64,000 nucleotides of DNA from Patescibacteria group bacterium. GTDB lineage: Bacteria > Patescibacteriota > Minisyncoccia > Phycocordibacterales > Phycocordibacteraceae. Position 1 is the first letter of the stretch. Every line of letters starts with the position of its first letter. The notes below the pieces were generated by a model, which worked only from the letters and a program-made list of their open reading frames with translations, did not search any database and was not told the origin of the DNA. A program made the translations under genes and the position numbers. The DNA is taken from positions 16,073-80,072 of the forward strand of contig JAJDCJ010000005.1 in the NCBI GenBank assembly GCA_029260935.1. Reading direction: 5' to 3'. Below are positions 37,918 through 46,626 of this stretch, piece by piece.

Positions 37918-38048
37918 GACAAAACCGCCCGCTTCGCGGTACCATCGCCATTCCAATTCGTCGCGCAGCGGCGCGCCCATTTGCTTTCCGCCGCGCCTGC
38001 GGCGCGGCGGTCTTCCGTCCTCAATTCAGAAGAAGTTTCAATCTGTGC
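37918..38048. repeat. R1b, right (inverted) copy of the 131-bp repeat
   Basis: Reverse complement of 36353-36483 and abutting R2a. Confidence 0.8.
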
Positions 38049-38284
38049 TGACATTCTAACCTTTGCGCGAACCTTTTACGAGAACACTTAGCCGCCTCCG
38101 CTTCGCTCCGGCGGAACCACGCAGCGCCATTCTTTTTGCTTTTCCTTTTTAAAAAACACGCCGACAAAAAATTAGGAAAGCGGAAAAAAGAATGGCGCTG
38201 CTCGGTGGCGCTCCAGATGCGGCGTTGTGGCGGGGGCAACGCCGCATCTTTCGCCCAAAAGGCAAATGCAGTCTTAGGAAAAAT
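38044..38284. repeat. R2a, left copy of a 241-bp inverted repeat flanking the ABC transporter operon
   Basis: About 98% identical (about 5 mismatches) to the reverse complement of 40672-40912. It is internally palindromic (gcagcgccattctttt.../...aaaagaatggcgctgc and gatgcggcgttg/caacgccgcatc) and ends exactly at the stop codon of the substrate-binding-protein gene. Confidence 0.8.
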
Positions 38285-39351
38285 CAAATGTCTAAGAAAG
38301 TCGGAAGTGGACTTTTTGACTCGATGATTCCATTTGATAAGATATAATCTTGAACTGCCATGCCAATTCGTAGATACGAAAACTTTCCGTCTTCGTCAAT
38401 AAGTTCTTGTTCTGCCTCTTTGACCGAACGTGGCAAATATTCCTGTGTCAAAGCGGTTTTATAACCCTCAAGGGTATATTTTGTTGAAGCATTTTCGTCA
38501 AGATATTCAAGACTGTATCTTGCATTGTTGTCGATATCAGAATACACATAGTCAACAGAATCAAACCACATTTTCATAAACGCCTTGATCTCTGATTTCT
38601 TACTCTCTACGACACTCTTTCGTGCGACAATTCCCGTAATATCAGCAAACCCCGCATCTTCCATCGAGAAAACTGAGCGTCCACCTCGATTAAGTGTTTC
38701 AGTGAGTTGGGTCAAGCCAACAGATGCCGCATCAAGACTACCTGCTTCAGCCGCAAGAAATCCTTGATCAAGAGGGGTATCTACAATTTTTAGAGAATTG
38801 GCTGGCACATTGTTTGATGCTGCAAGAGAATAAAGCATCATGTCGAACATTGAACTTTTTTGTGCCCCAATTCTTTTAGATAAAAATTGTGCTACTTTTT
38901 CGCGGTTTTGTAGACCATTTGCGTCTAGTGTTGGTACTTCGTTTTCTCCCCGAAAAGTTACAAAAGCACCTCCCTTAAACACATATGCGGGGTACACATA
39001 TACCAATGGGTCGTTTGTTCCAGCATTTATGTTGTCCGCTTTTGTGAGGTATTCGATATAGCTGGCAAAACCAATATCAATACCTCCTCCAACAACTGCT
39101 TCCATGATGTTTTCCCAAGGTAGAGTAACGAGTTCAATATCGGTCTTATATTTTTCCTCAAGCCCCAAAGGTTCAATAGCAGCTGTCATTGCTAAATCTT
39201 GATAGGGAGATATACCAACTCGCAAAGAACCGTTCGACGACTGATTATTCAAATAAAAGAAAATTCCAACGACAATGACAGCTGCGGCGATAATGAGAAT
39301 CCATTTATACACTCCTACTTTCGCCAGAAAACTATTTTGCTCCATATCCAT
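38284..39351 (-). CDS. ABC transporter substrate-binding protein, NitT/TauT (NMT1/SsuA-like) family
   Basis: N-terminal TM/signal anchor followed by a periplasmic-binding fold. It shares an operon with a NitT/TauT permease and ATPase. Confidence 0.7.
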   Translation of the reverse strand: MDMEQNSFLAKVGVYKWILIIAAAVIVVGIFFYLNNQSSNGSLRVGISPYQDLAMTAAIEPLGLEEKYKTDIELVTLPWENIMEAVVGGGIDIGFASYIEYLTKADNINAGTNDPLVYVYPAYVFKGGAFVTFRGENEVPTLDANGLQNREKVAQFLSKRIGAQKSSMFDMMLYSLAASNNVPANSLKIVDTPLDQGFLAAEAGSLDAASVGLTQLTETLNRGGRSVFSMEDAGFADITGIVARKSVVESKKSEIKAFMKMWFDSVDYVYSDIDNNARYSLEYLDENASTKYTLEGYKTALTQEYLPRSVKEAEQELIDEDGKFSYLRIGMAVQDYILSNGIIESKSPLPTFLDI

Positions 39352-40046
39352 ATTAAGAGATTATCGAATAATGTTGTTAAGACGCCCAAAATCGTCGTCG
39401 CTAAGAGTATAACATCCAGCGAGAAGGTTGCACGGGAAGTTTGGATAAGATAACCAAGCCCCACTTGTGAACCGAGCATTTCGGCAACAACCACAATACC
39501 CACGGCTGTCGCCAGTCCAAAACGGAGCGTTGGCAGGATTGATTCAAGAATTCGAGGGAACCACCAAATCATTGTCATTCGATCAGTTGAGAGGTTGAAC
39601 GATTTAAAAAGTATTTGGTCATGTTCTCGTGGAAACTGGACAACGTTCGCACTCGCAACTAGCACATTGATACCGAGTCCTAATGTAAGGAGAATAACCC
39701 TGCCAACTTCCGAAAATCCAAACCAGAGTAGAAAGAACGGGATGAGCGCTATCGGCGGCACAGCGCGAAGCGCATTGAATGACGGCATAAAAACTTGCAT
39801 GAACCGCAGGCGATGAATAAATAGCGCACCGAAAATACCAAAAGAAATGCCGAGGACAAGAGACACGGCGATTCTTGCCGCCGTAGCGAATGTATGCAAA
39901 AGAAGTGTGTCCTTGAGTTTAATAGCAGCATCGATAACACTTATTGGCGACGGCAAATATCGTTCGGGTACGTTAAAAATAACAACAACACCAACCCAGA
40001 CGATGAGAAGCAAAAAAATACCAATAAAGATTTTAAAATATTTCAT
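39315..40046 (-). CDS. ABC transporter permease, NitT/TauT family
   Basis: Six TM helices and a binding-protein-dependent transport signature region (EMLGSQVGLGYLI). It overlaps both neighbouring genes. Confidence 0.8.
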   Translation of the reverse strand: MKYFKIFIGIFLLLIVWVGVVVIFNVPERYLPSPISVIDAAIKLKDTLLLHTFATAARIAVSLVLGISFGIFGALFIHRLRFMQVFMPSFNALRAVPPIALIPFFLLWFGFSEVGRVILLTLGLGINVLVASANVVQFPREHDQILFKSFNLSTDRMTMIWWFPRILESILPTLRFGLATAVGIVVVAEMLGSQVGLGYLIQTSRATFSLDVILLATTILGVLTTLFDNLLIWIWSKIVFWRK

Positions 40047-40654
40047 ACGCCGTTATTTTTAATTTTCCTCAGATTAGAAAAAGGCGGCTCGCCGTCAAAC
40101 TCAAAAAACTCTGCATCGTCAATAGCAACGTTATCCGTAAAATGAGCCGTCATAATAATCGGGACCTGCGGACATTGTTCGCTTTTGAGAAAATTGAGGA
40201 GGAGGAGTCGCTTTTTTGGATCAATGTAGTTCATGGGCTCGTCGAGCAAAAACATATCGGTATCAGCAACAAAGGTTCTAAATAACTCAACGATGCGACG
40301 TTGTCCAAACGACATCTCGTATGCACGTTTATGTAATATATCCTCGACGAGCGGAAAGAGCGGGTGTGTCTTCAGTTCTTCAACCGGTCGTCGAAGGAAA
40401 ATCGTCAGATTTTCAGTACCAGTCAGCCATGGTGCCAAATTGTCATCTTGCAAAACAAGGAACGACCTTTGTGGCACCAAAAACTCATCTATTGACTTTG
40501 GCTCCAAAACACCATGCAAAATTTTTAACAATGTTGTTTTGCCAGAGCCAGACGGACCGCGAATGATACCGATTCGTTTTGACAACTCAAAATCAAAGTC
40601 TTTGAAGACAGTCGCGTGTTGGTGTGAAAAATTTACCCCTGACACTTTTACCAT
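40043..40654 (-). CDS. ABC transporter ATP-binding protein, NitT/TauT family
   Basis: Walker A GPSGSGKTT, ABC signature (LSGGQ-like MSFGQRR), and Walker B LLDEP. Confidence 0.85.
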   Translation of the reverse strand: MVKVSGVNFSHQHATVFKDFDFELSKRIGIIRGPSGSGKTTLLKILHGVLEPKSIDEFLVPQRSFLVLQDDNLAPWLTGTENLTIFLRRPVEELKTHPLFPLVEDILHKRAYEMSFGQRRIVELFRTFVADTDMFLLDEPMNYIDPKKRLLLLNFLKSEQCPQVPIIMTAHFTDNVAIDDAEFFEFDGEPPFSNLRKIKNNGV

Positions 40655-40671
40655 AGTTTGAATAATACTAG

Positions 40672-40912
40672 ATTTTTCCTAAGACTGCATTTGCCTTTTG
40701 GGCGAAAGACGCGGCGTTGCCCCCGCCACAACGCCGCATCTGGAGCGCCACCGAGCAGCGCCATTCTTTTTTCCGCTTTCCTCATTTTTTGTCGGCGGGT
40801 TTTTGAAAAAGGAAAAGCAAAAAGAATGGCGCTGCGAGGTTCCGCCGGAGCGAAGCGGAGGCGGCTAAGTGTTCTCGTAAAAGGTTCGCGCAAAGGTTAG
40901 AATGTCAGCACA
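40672..40912. repeat. R2b, right (inverted) copy of the 241-bp repeat
   Basis: Reverse complement of R2a. It begins 17 nt upstream of the ATPase start codon, and its outer end is ...gaatgtcagcac. Confidence 0.8.
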
Positions 40913-40967
40913 AAAACAATGAGCCGGGCGTGATAACGCTCGGCGATTTGTTTTGTAGCGAGGAGAG

Positions 40968-41111
40968 GGGAATCGAAAGGCGGAGCCGGTATACAAGGCG
41001 AGGAGGGACGACGAGTGCTTGTCGGCGAGCCAGGGTCGTGAGCCGTAGAAAATTAAGGAATGAAATGACTATAATTTTCACGGACTCCTGACCGACTCCC
41101 TTATCCCGCAC
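40968..41111 (+). repeat. Copy B of the conserved ~150-nt element, ending in a 19-nt copy of the tRNA-Gly(TCC) 3' end
   Basis: Aligns to 32056-32207 and is preceded by hairpin 40921-40948. The terminal cgactcccttatcccgcac is identical to the tRNA 3' end. Confidence 0.6.
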
Positions 41112-41175
41112 CTGAAACGAAGAACATAGCGATGTAACCATTGATATGTTTGAGAGAAGGTGTGAGACAAGCTTT

Positions 41176-41198
41176 GCTTATCCCGCACACGAAACGAA
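41176..41198 (+). repeat. Third partial copy of the att-like motif cttatcccgcacNNgaaacgaag
   Basis: cttatcccgcacacgaaacgaag compared with 41100-41122 cttatcccgcacctgaaacgaag. Confidence 0.5.
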
Positions 41199-41300
41199 GT
41201 TCTTGCATCGTCTCCATAAGCATCCTTGCCTCACACTAAACAAAATCCCCCGCGTACGCGGGGGATTCTACCTAAAACCTAGTGACCTAGATCCTAGTCT

Positions 41301-41573
41301 CTATTTAACTGCATCCTTAAGTGCCTTTGCTGCGCGGAATTTTGGCACACGCATTGCGGCTATCTGGATAGTCTCACCAGTTCGTGGGTTTCTACCTTGA
41401 CGCGCCGGGCGCATTTTGGTTGAGAAGATACCAAGTCCGGCAACTGATACTTCTTCGCCTGACTTAAGTTCTCCTACAATGGAGCTGATAATAGTTTCTA
41501 CTACTTCCTCGGCTTGGGTTTTTGTTCCGCCAAGGACTGTTTGCACTTTTTGTGCGAGATCTGCTTTGTTCAT
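41301..41573 (-). CDS. hup: DNA-binding protein HU
   Basis: A 90-aa protein with GLGIFSTKMRPARQGRNPRTGETIQIAAMRVPKFRAAKALKDAV arm motifs. A terminator hairpin lies at 41241-41270. Confidence 0.9.
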   Translation of the reverse strand: MNKADLAQKVQTVLGGTKTQAEEVVETIISSIVGELKSGEEVSVAGLGIFSTKMRPARQGRNPRTGETIQIAAMRVPKFRAAKALKDAVK

Positions 41574-41667
41574 ACCACTGTTGTTATTACTAATATAAGT
41601 ACAAAATCATTATATATCGCGGTATTTTGTGCGCAACCCCTTAAAAAGGTTTGACTTTTATTCCAAC

Positions 41668-43848
41668 TTATTTTTTATTTCTCTTAGTAATCCATGCCTC
41701 ATACTCTTTAATAACAAGACGAGCTGATTCTTCGGCAGAAAGGTTACTAGTGTCAATCACGAGGTCAAACGGCTGGGTGTTTAAAATATCAATACCATAC
41801 AACTCCTGATAACGGCGTTTTTTACTCTCCTGTCGCATACGTGCATTGTGTTTGATATGCTCAATGGAAGCATCTTCTTCTGCCATACGCCCCTCTTCAT
41901 GAATACTTTGGTGTATGCGCTGTGCTACTAAATCATCAGAAACGGTCACGAACACCTTAAACGAGCGCTGTATCCAGTGGTAGGCAAGGCGCGAGTCAAT
42001 AACGAGATGATTTTCCTTAACGCCAAGTTCTTGAACAATCTCATCAATTTCTCTATCAATAGAAGGGTCCGCTTCTGCTTTTTCAGTAAGCTCATTTACA
42101 GACACGTTACGGTTTTCTGCAACCGATCTAAAAATGTCACCCGCCGAAAAGAGTTGGTACCTGAGTCGCCGGGCAAGTGCTCTGCCTATACTTGAGGCAC
42201 CAGCACCGTGTGTACCCGTTATAGTAATAATTTCCTTTTTTGTTCTTTGTATTACTTCTGTATCTTCTTTTTTTAATTGCTTTAAGATTCTGCCAACAGT
42301 ATGGGAACCCAAGCGCGCGACACTTTTTTCATGTCGTTTAATACTTTGTGTCTGAAAAATACCATACCCTAACACAGCAACCATAGGGAAGAGTGAGGCA
42401 AATGCGATGAGCCCAAACCCGTCAATAAGCGGGTCTCGGCCGGGAATACTTGAGGCAAGTCCCAAACCAAGTGCCGCCACAATAGGCACGGTGACCGTTG
42501 ACGTGGTGACGCCACCTGAGTCATAAGCAATAGGCACGGTTGTTTTTGGAGCGAAAAATGTAAGAATGACAACCACACTGTACCCGATGGCGAGGTACCA
42601 CACAATTGAGTCGCCGTTAATGATGCGGTATGCGCCAAGCAAGATACCTATTCCCACGCCGGACGCAACGGCAATGCGCAGAACAAATGAACGTATCGCG
42701 CCAGCACTTAAGAGCTCAGCTTTGTTCGCAATCGCCGTTAACGCTGGCTCAGCAATAGTGGTGGCAAAACCGATAGTGAAAGCGAAGAGATAGATAAGGA
42801 AAATGTTTCCCTTTACGGCAAGTGCTACTGCAATCGTCTCGCCAACAGGAAAGAGCCCAAGTTCAAGACCAACAACAAACGCATACAGTCCTAAAATAAC
42901 AAGAATAAATCCAAAGACATGAGTTATCGGAGAGGTGAGAGGTTTTCTGATAACTACCAAATAGAAAAAGAGAACCGTGAGTATAATCGGTGTCACGTCA
43001 CCTATAGTTGCAACGAACTGTGTAAGGTATGGAGTAAACGATGATGAGGCAAAAAATGCCACTGCCGCCTGCATTGACTGCGCCGCAGACCCAACAAGCG
43101 TGGCGCCTGAGAGCGAAGTAGCACTGATAACACCCGAGTACGCAACAACTCCGTAGAGTTGCACAAAAATCATCGGCAGTAGTGAAGCAAAAGCAATTAA
43201 CCCAAAGCCATCTATGATGGGGTTTCTGTTTTTTAAACTTGAGGCAACGCCAATACCTAAAGCCGCGATCAGTGGCACGGTGACCGTTGACGTGGTGACG
43301 CCACCTGAGTCGTATGCCAGTCCCACAATTTCCTGCGGTGCAAAATAGGTAACCGTCAGTGCAATAACGTAGCCGGAAATTATATACCAATGAATAGGGT
43401 GGTTGAGAAAAATACGAACAACACCGATGACAATTGCTACCCCCACAGAAAATGCCACGACAAGGCGAAGTATGAGTGCATCAATCTGTCCGTCGCTAAT
43501 AACTGCCGCTTTGTGGGCAATAGCCAACAAAGCGGGTTCTGCAATGGTGGTGGCAAAGCCAATAACAAACGCAAAAATAAGAACCCAAAACCTACGCTTT
43601 GAAGAAGCGAGTTGTGTGGCAAGATTTTCCCCAAGAGGGAAGACTCCCATTTCAAGTCCACGCATAAAAAGAGCAAGCCCGATACCAACAATTGCCAGCC
43701 CGAGCACCATGCTTGGTAAATTATCGGGAGTTGTTCGCAATATAACGAACTGGAAAAAAGCAATGACTCCGATAATAACGGTAAGGTCTAGAAATGATCT
43801 ACGAATATCGCCGACAAAGGTATAAAAATGCTTCTTGAGCTTCGGCAT
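41668..43848 (-). CDS. Fusion protein: tandem-duplicated polytopic membrane domain (DUF1538-like, two homologous halves) fused to a C-terminal cytidylate-kinase-like P-loop domain
   Basis: A continuous 726-aa ORF. The internal repeat pairs FATTIAEPAL / AYDSGGVTTSTVTVP are each present twice. The C-terminal 200 aa carry ITGTHGAGASSIGRALARRL, a P-loop in a cytidylate-kinase-like arrangement. Confidence 0.65.
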   Translation of the reverse strand: MPKLKKHFYTFVGDIRRSFLDLTVIIGVIAFFQFVILRTTPDNLPSMVLGLAIVGIGLALFMRGLEMGVFPLGENLATQLASSKRRFWVLIFAFVIGFATTIAEPALLAIAHKAAVISDGQIDALILRLVVAFSVGVAIVIGVVRIFLNHPIHWYIISGYVIALTVTYFAPQEIVGLAYDSGGVTTSTVTVPLIAALGIGVASSLKNRNPIIDGFGLIAFASLLPMIFVQLYGVVAYSGVISATSLSGATLVGSAAQSMQAAVAFFASSSFTPYLTQFVATIGDVTPIILTVLFFYLVVIRKPLTSPITHVFGFILVILGLYAFVVGLELGLFPVGETIAVALAVKGNIFLIYLFAFTIGFATTIAEPALTAIANKAELLSAGAIRSFVLRIAVASGVGIGILLGAYRIINGDSIVWYLAIGYSVVVILTFFAPKTTVPIAYDSGGVTTSTVTVPIVAALGLGLASSIPGRDPLIDGFGLIAFASLFPMVAVLGYGIFQTQSIKRHEKSVARLGSHTVGRILKQLKKEDTEVIQRTKKEIITITGTHGAGASSIGRALARRLRYQLFSAGDIFRSVAENRNVSVNELTEKAEADPSIDREIDEIVQELGVKENHLVIDSRLAYHWIQRSFKVFVTVSDDLVAQRIHQSIHEEGRMAEEDASIEHIKHNARMRQESKKRRYQELYGIDILNTQPFDLVIDTSNLSAEESARLVIKEYEAWITKRNKK

Positions 43849-43905
43849 TACCTATAGAGTCGCATACAATTCCCTAAAAACAAACTTTTCGCTTTTGTGT
43901 TTGTT

Positions 43906-45435
43906 TTATCGGGCAAACTCAATTGAGCGCTGTTCGCGAATAACGTTTACTTTGATTTCGCCAGGGTATTTTAATTCACTTTGAATACGGTTTGCTACAT
44001 TTCGTGCAAGTTCGCGCGCCTCTAGATCAGATATTTTCTCTGGCTGTACAAAAATACGCACTTCACGTCCTGCCTGGATAGCATATGATTTTTCTACCCC
44101 TTCAAAACTTGTCGCAATGTTTTCAAGATCGTTGAGACGCTCTAGATACCGCTCTACACTGTCGCGACGTGCACCGGGACGCCCTCCTGAGATGGCGTCA
44201 GCAACTTGTACAATAACCGACTCAATAGTTTCATACGGATATTCTTCATGGTGGGCCTGCATTGCTTGAATAATAGGTTTTTCTACACCAAACTTTTCAA
44301 GAATACGCCTGCCGATTTCAACATGAGTTCCTTCAACGTTGTGGTCCACCGCTTTTCCAATATCATGCAAAAGTGCCCCTGCTTTGGCCACCCCAACATC
44401 GGCGCCAAGTTCTGAGGCGAGCATACCTGAAATGTGTGCCATTTCAATTGAATGTTGTAGGACGTTCTGTCCGTAGGACGTTCTGAAGTAGAGACGCCCC
44501 AAAATATCCATAAGGCGTGGGTCTAAACTATGAAGTCCACACTCATAGGCAGCCGCTTCTGCCTTTTCTTTTATAGTAGAGGCAACTTCTTCTTTTGCTT
44601 TTTTAACTGTCTCCTCAATTTTAGCCGGCTGAATACGCTGGTCTACAATAAGGTTTTCAAGTGCAATGCGTGCAATATGCCTGCGCACAGGATCAAAAGA
44701 AGAGAGTGTGATCATGCCGGGGGTGTCGTCAACCAACACGTCAACTCCTGTTGCTCTCTCAAATGCCTTTATATTTCGTCCTTCTTTTCCAATAATCTTT
44801 CCTTTAATGTCATCGCTCGGTAGAGGCACCGATGTTGAGAGTAGTTCATTGTTGACGGCGTTTCCATACCGCTGAATAACCGTAGTGAGAATTTCTTTCG
44901 CTTTTTCCTCAAAGCGTTCCTTGCCTTCAATATCAAGTTTCTGAAGTCGTACCGCAATATCGTCTTCGTGGTTTTTGCGTAGCGACTGAAACAGCTCTTC
45001 TTTCGCATCCTCTTCCGTCAGATGCGCTACTTTTTCAAGCGCATGCTCGCGCTCTTCTACCAATTTCTCAGAGGCGTCTTTAATGGCACGCACCTCTTTA
45101 ATTTGTTCTTTTATACGCTCAGCTTCTTTGTCAACGTCTATCTGTCGTTTATCAAGATATGCTTCTTTTTCAACAATACGCCGATCTTTTACTAACAAGT
45201 TCTCCTCTTTTTGTTTAAACTCGGCGCGCAGAACCTCTTCAGTTCCCTCAACTTTTTTACCTGCAACGTCAATAATGTTTTTAGCTTCCTCTTTTGCCTC
45301 AAGCAGCATTTGCTTGATTTCTAGTTCAACGGAACCTTTTTGTCCCAACGAAACAATCCATCGGAGAAAGTATCCGACGGCGATGCCCACGATGCCTGCA
45401 AAGGCAAGGAGCACAAGTATTAATTTAAATGACAT
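43906..45435 (-). CDS. rny: Ribonuclease Y
   Basis: N-terminal TM helix, coiled coil, KH domain and HD domain (HSIEMAH...LLHDIGK). Confidence 0.9.
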   Translation of the reverse strand: MSFKLILVLLAFAGIVGIAVGYFLRWIVSLGQKGSVELEIKQMLLEAKEEAKNIIDVAGKKVEGTEEVLRAEFKQKEENLLVKDRRIVEKEAYLDKRQIDVDKEAERIKEQIKEVRAIKDASEKLVEEREHALEKVAHLTEEDAKEELFQSLRKNHEDDIAVRLQKLDIEGKERFEEKAKEILTTVIQRYGNAVNNELLSTSVPLPSDDIKGKIIGKEGRNIKAFERATGVDVLVDDTPGMITLSSFDPVRRHIARIALENLIVDQRIQPAKIEETVKKAKEEVASTIKEKAEAAAYECGLHSLDPRLMDILGRLYFRTSYGQNVLQHSIEMAHISGMLASELGADVGVAKAGALLHDIGKAVDHNVEGTHVEIGRRILEKFGVEKPIIQAMQAHHEEYPYETIESVIVQVADAISGGRPGARRDSVERYLERLNDLENIATSFEGVEKSYAIQAGREVRIFVQPEKISDLEARELARNVANRIQSELKYPGEIKVNVIREQRSIEFAR

Positions 45436-45737
45436 AATATTTCAACTCCCTTTATGAGTTGAAACTTCTTTTTACGGTACTGCCGAAAAATTTACGAAAT
45501 GATACACCTAGGATAGGCGGATAAAGATAAACATTCTTGAATATGCGCTCTGATATACGGACATAGCTCTAGTTTCAATTTTTGGTTGGATCATTTTAGT
45601 ATACGTCTTCAGGAGTAACAGGAGTTTCAAATCATCTGAACGGGATTATCAGTAATAACAGTGTGAACATATTCACTATACGCCCGTTTTTTTACCAAAG
45701 CAAATAGTGTGGCGCATCAGGGCTACTGCCTCAACAA

Positions 45738-45768
45738 AAAATCCCGCAATTGCGGGATTTTTTGTTGA
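45738..45768 (-). terminator. Rho-independent terminator downstream of clpP
   Basis: aaaaaatcccgcaattgcgggattttttgtt. Confidence 0.7.
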
Positions 45769-45776
45769 ATTTCAAT

Positions 45777-46397
45777 TTATGCTCGCGCCTTATATATATC
45801 GTCAATCACGCCGTACTTTTTCGCCTCATCAGCTGACATAAAGAAGTCACGATCTATATCTTTCTCAATTTGTGCCAGTGTTTGCCCCGTTGCTTTTGCC
45901 ATCATTTTTGCCAATTTCTCACGTGTCTTAATAATGTGACGCGCGGTAATTTCAATATCAGTTGCCTGACCTTGGGCGCCACCAAGTGGCTGATGAATCA
46001 TTACTTCTGCGTTGGGCAATGCAAAACGCTTTCCTTTTTGACCTTGCGACAGAAGCCACGCACCACCTGAGGCCGCCATACCAACACACACGGTAACTAC
46101 ATCCGGCTTTATATAATTCATAGTATCAATCATCGCAAGTGTTGAGGTGACCGAACCACCAGGGGAGTTGATGTAGAGGTAGATGTCTTTCTTTGGGTCT
46201 TCGGCCTCAAGAAAGAGAAGTTGGGCAATCACAAGGTTTGCGTTGTAGTCTTCAATAACACTACCCAGAAACACAATACGCTCCTTTAAAAGGCGAGAAT
46301 AAATGTCGTAGGCGCGCTCACCAAGGTTGGTTTTTTCAATTACCATTGGTACGATCATGCTGTTTTGTATAGGATTTAGTTCATCTTTCATAGACAC
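45777..46397 (-). CDS. clpP: ATP-dependent Clp protease proteolytic subunit
   Basis: The Ser-His-Asp triad context ([15 protein letters not shown]) spans the full length. Confidence 0.9.
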   Translation of the reverse strand: MSMKDELNPIQNSMIVPMVIEKTNLGERAYDIYSRLLKERIVFLGSVIEDYNANLVIAQLLFLEAEDPKKDIYLYINSPGGSVTSTLAMIDTMNYIKPDVVTVCVGMAASGGAWLLSQGQKGKRFALPNAEVMIHQPLGGAQGQATDIEITARHIIKTREKLAKMMAKATGQTLAQIEKDIDRDFFMSADEAKKYGVIDDIYKARA

Positions 46398-46626
46398 TAT
46401 GATACCGTAGACTACTTTTATTTACCAGCGACACCGCGTCGTATTCGTGTTTGAGCCGTTTACTATTTAAATGAGCAAGGACGGTCCTTGCTCATTTGTT
46501 TTCTCGCGGAGGGACTGCGGATGTATAAGGGAGTCCTTTCACATCAAAAATTAGTGACGTCGGACGTCACCCATTTTCTTTTGTTTTTATTTTATTGGAA
46601 AAATATGTACACGGCGTGTCAATATT

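Larger units (their letters stand above)
36353..41111. mobile_element. Composite integrated element at the 3' end of tRNA-Gly(TCC): a serine recombinase module plus an ABC transporter module, bounded by a 19-bp direct repeat of the tRNA 3' end
   Basis: Direct repeat cgactcccttatcccgcac at 36338-36356 and 41093-41111. Nested long inverted repeats (131 bp and 241 bp) lie inside, and a large serine recombinase gene lies next to the tRNA. Confidence 0.55.

Noticed and set aside
38021-38327. Small ORFs inside the 241-bp repeats (38021..38287, 38136..38327, 40648..40893, 40658..40900)
   Set aside because: They arise because the repeat is GC-rich and palindromic. Equivalent ORFs appear on both strands of both copies, their products are Arg/Ala-rich, and there is no start context.
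40672-40912. TPP or other riboswitch upstream of the NMT1/THI5-like ABC transporter
   Set aside because: The upstream sequence lacks the CUGAGA-type TPP core or other riboswitch consensus I can recognise. It is instead one arm of a long inverted repeat.
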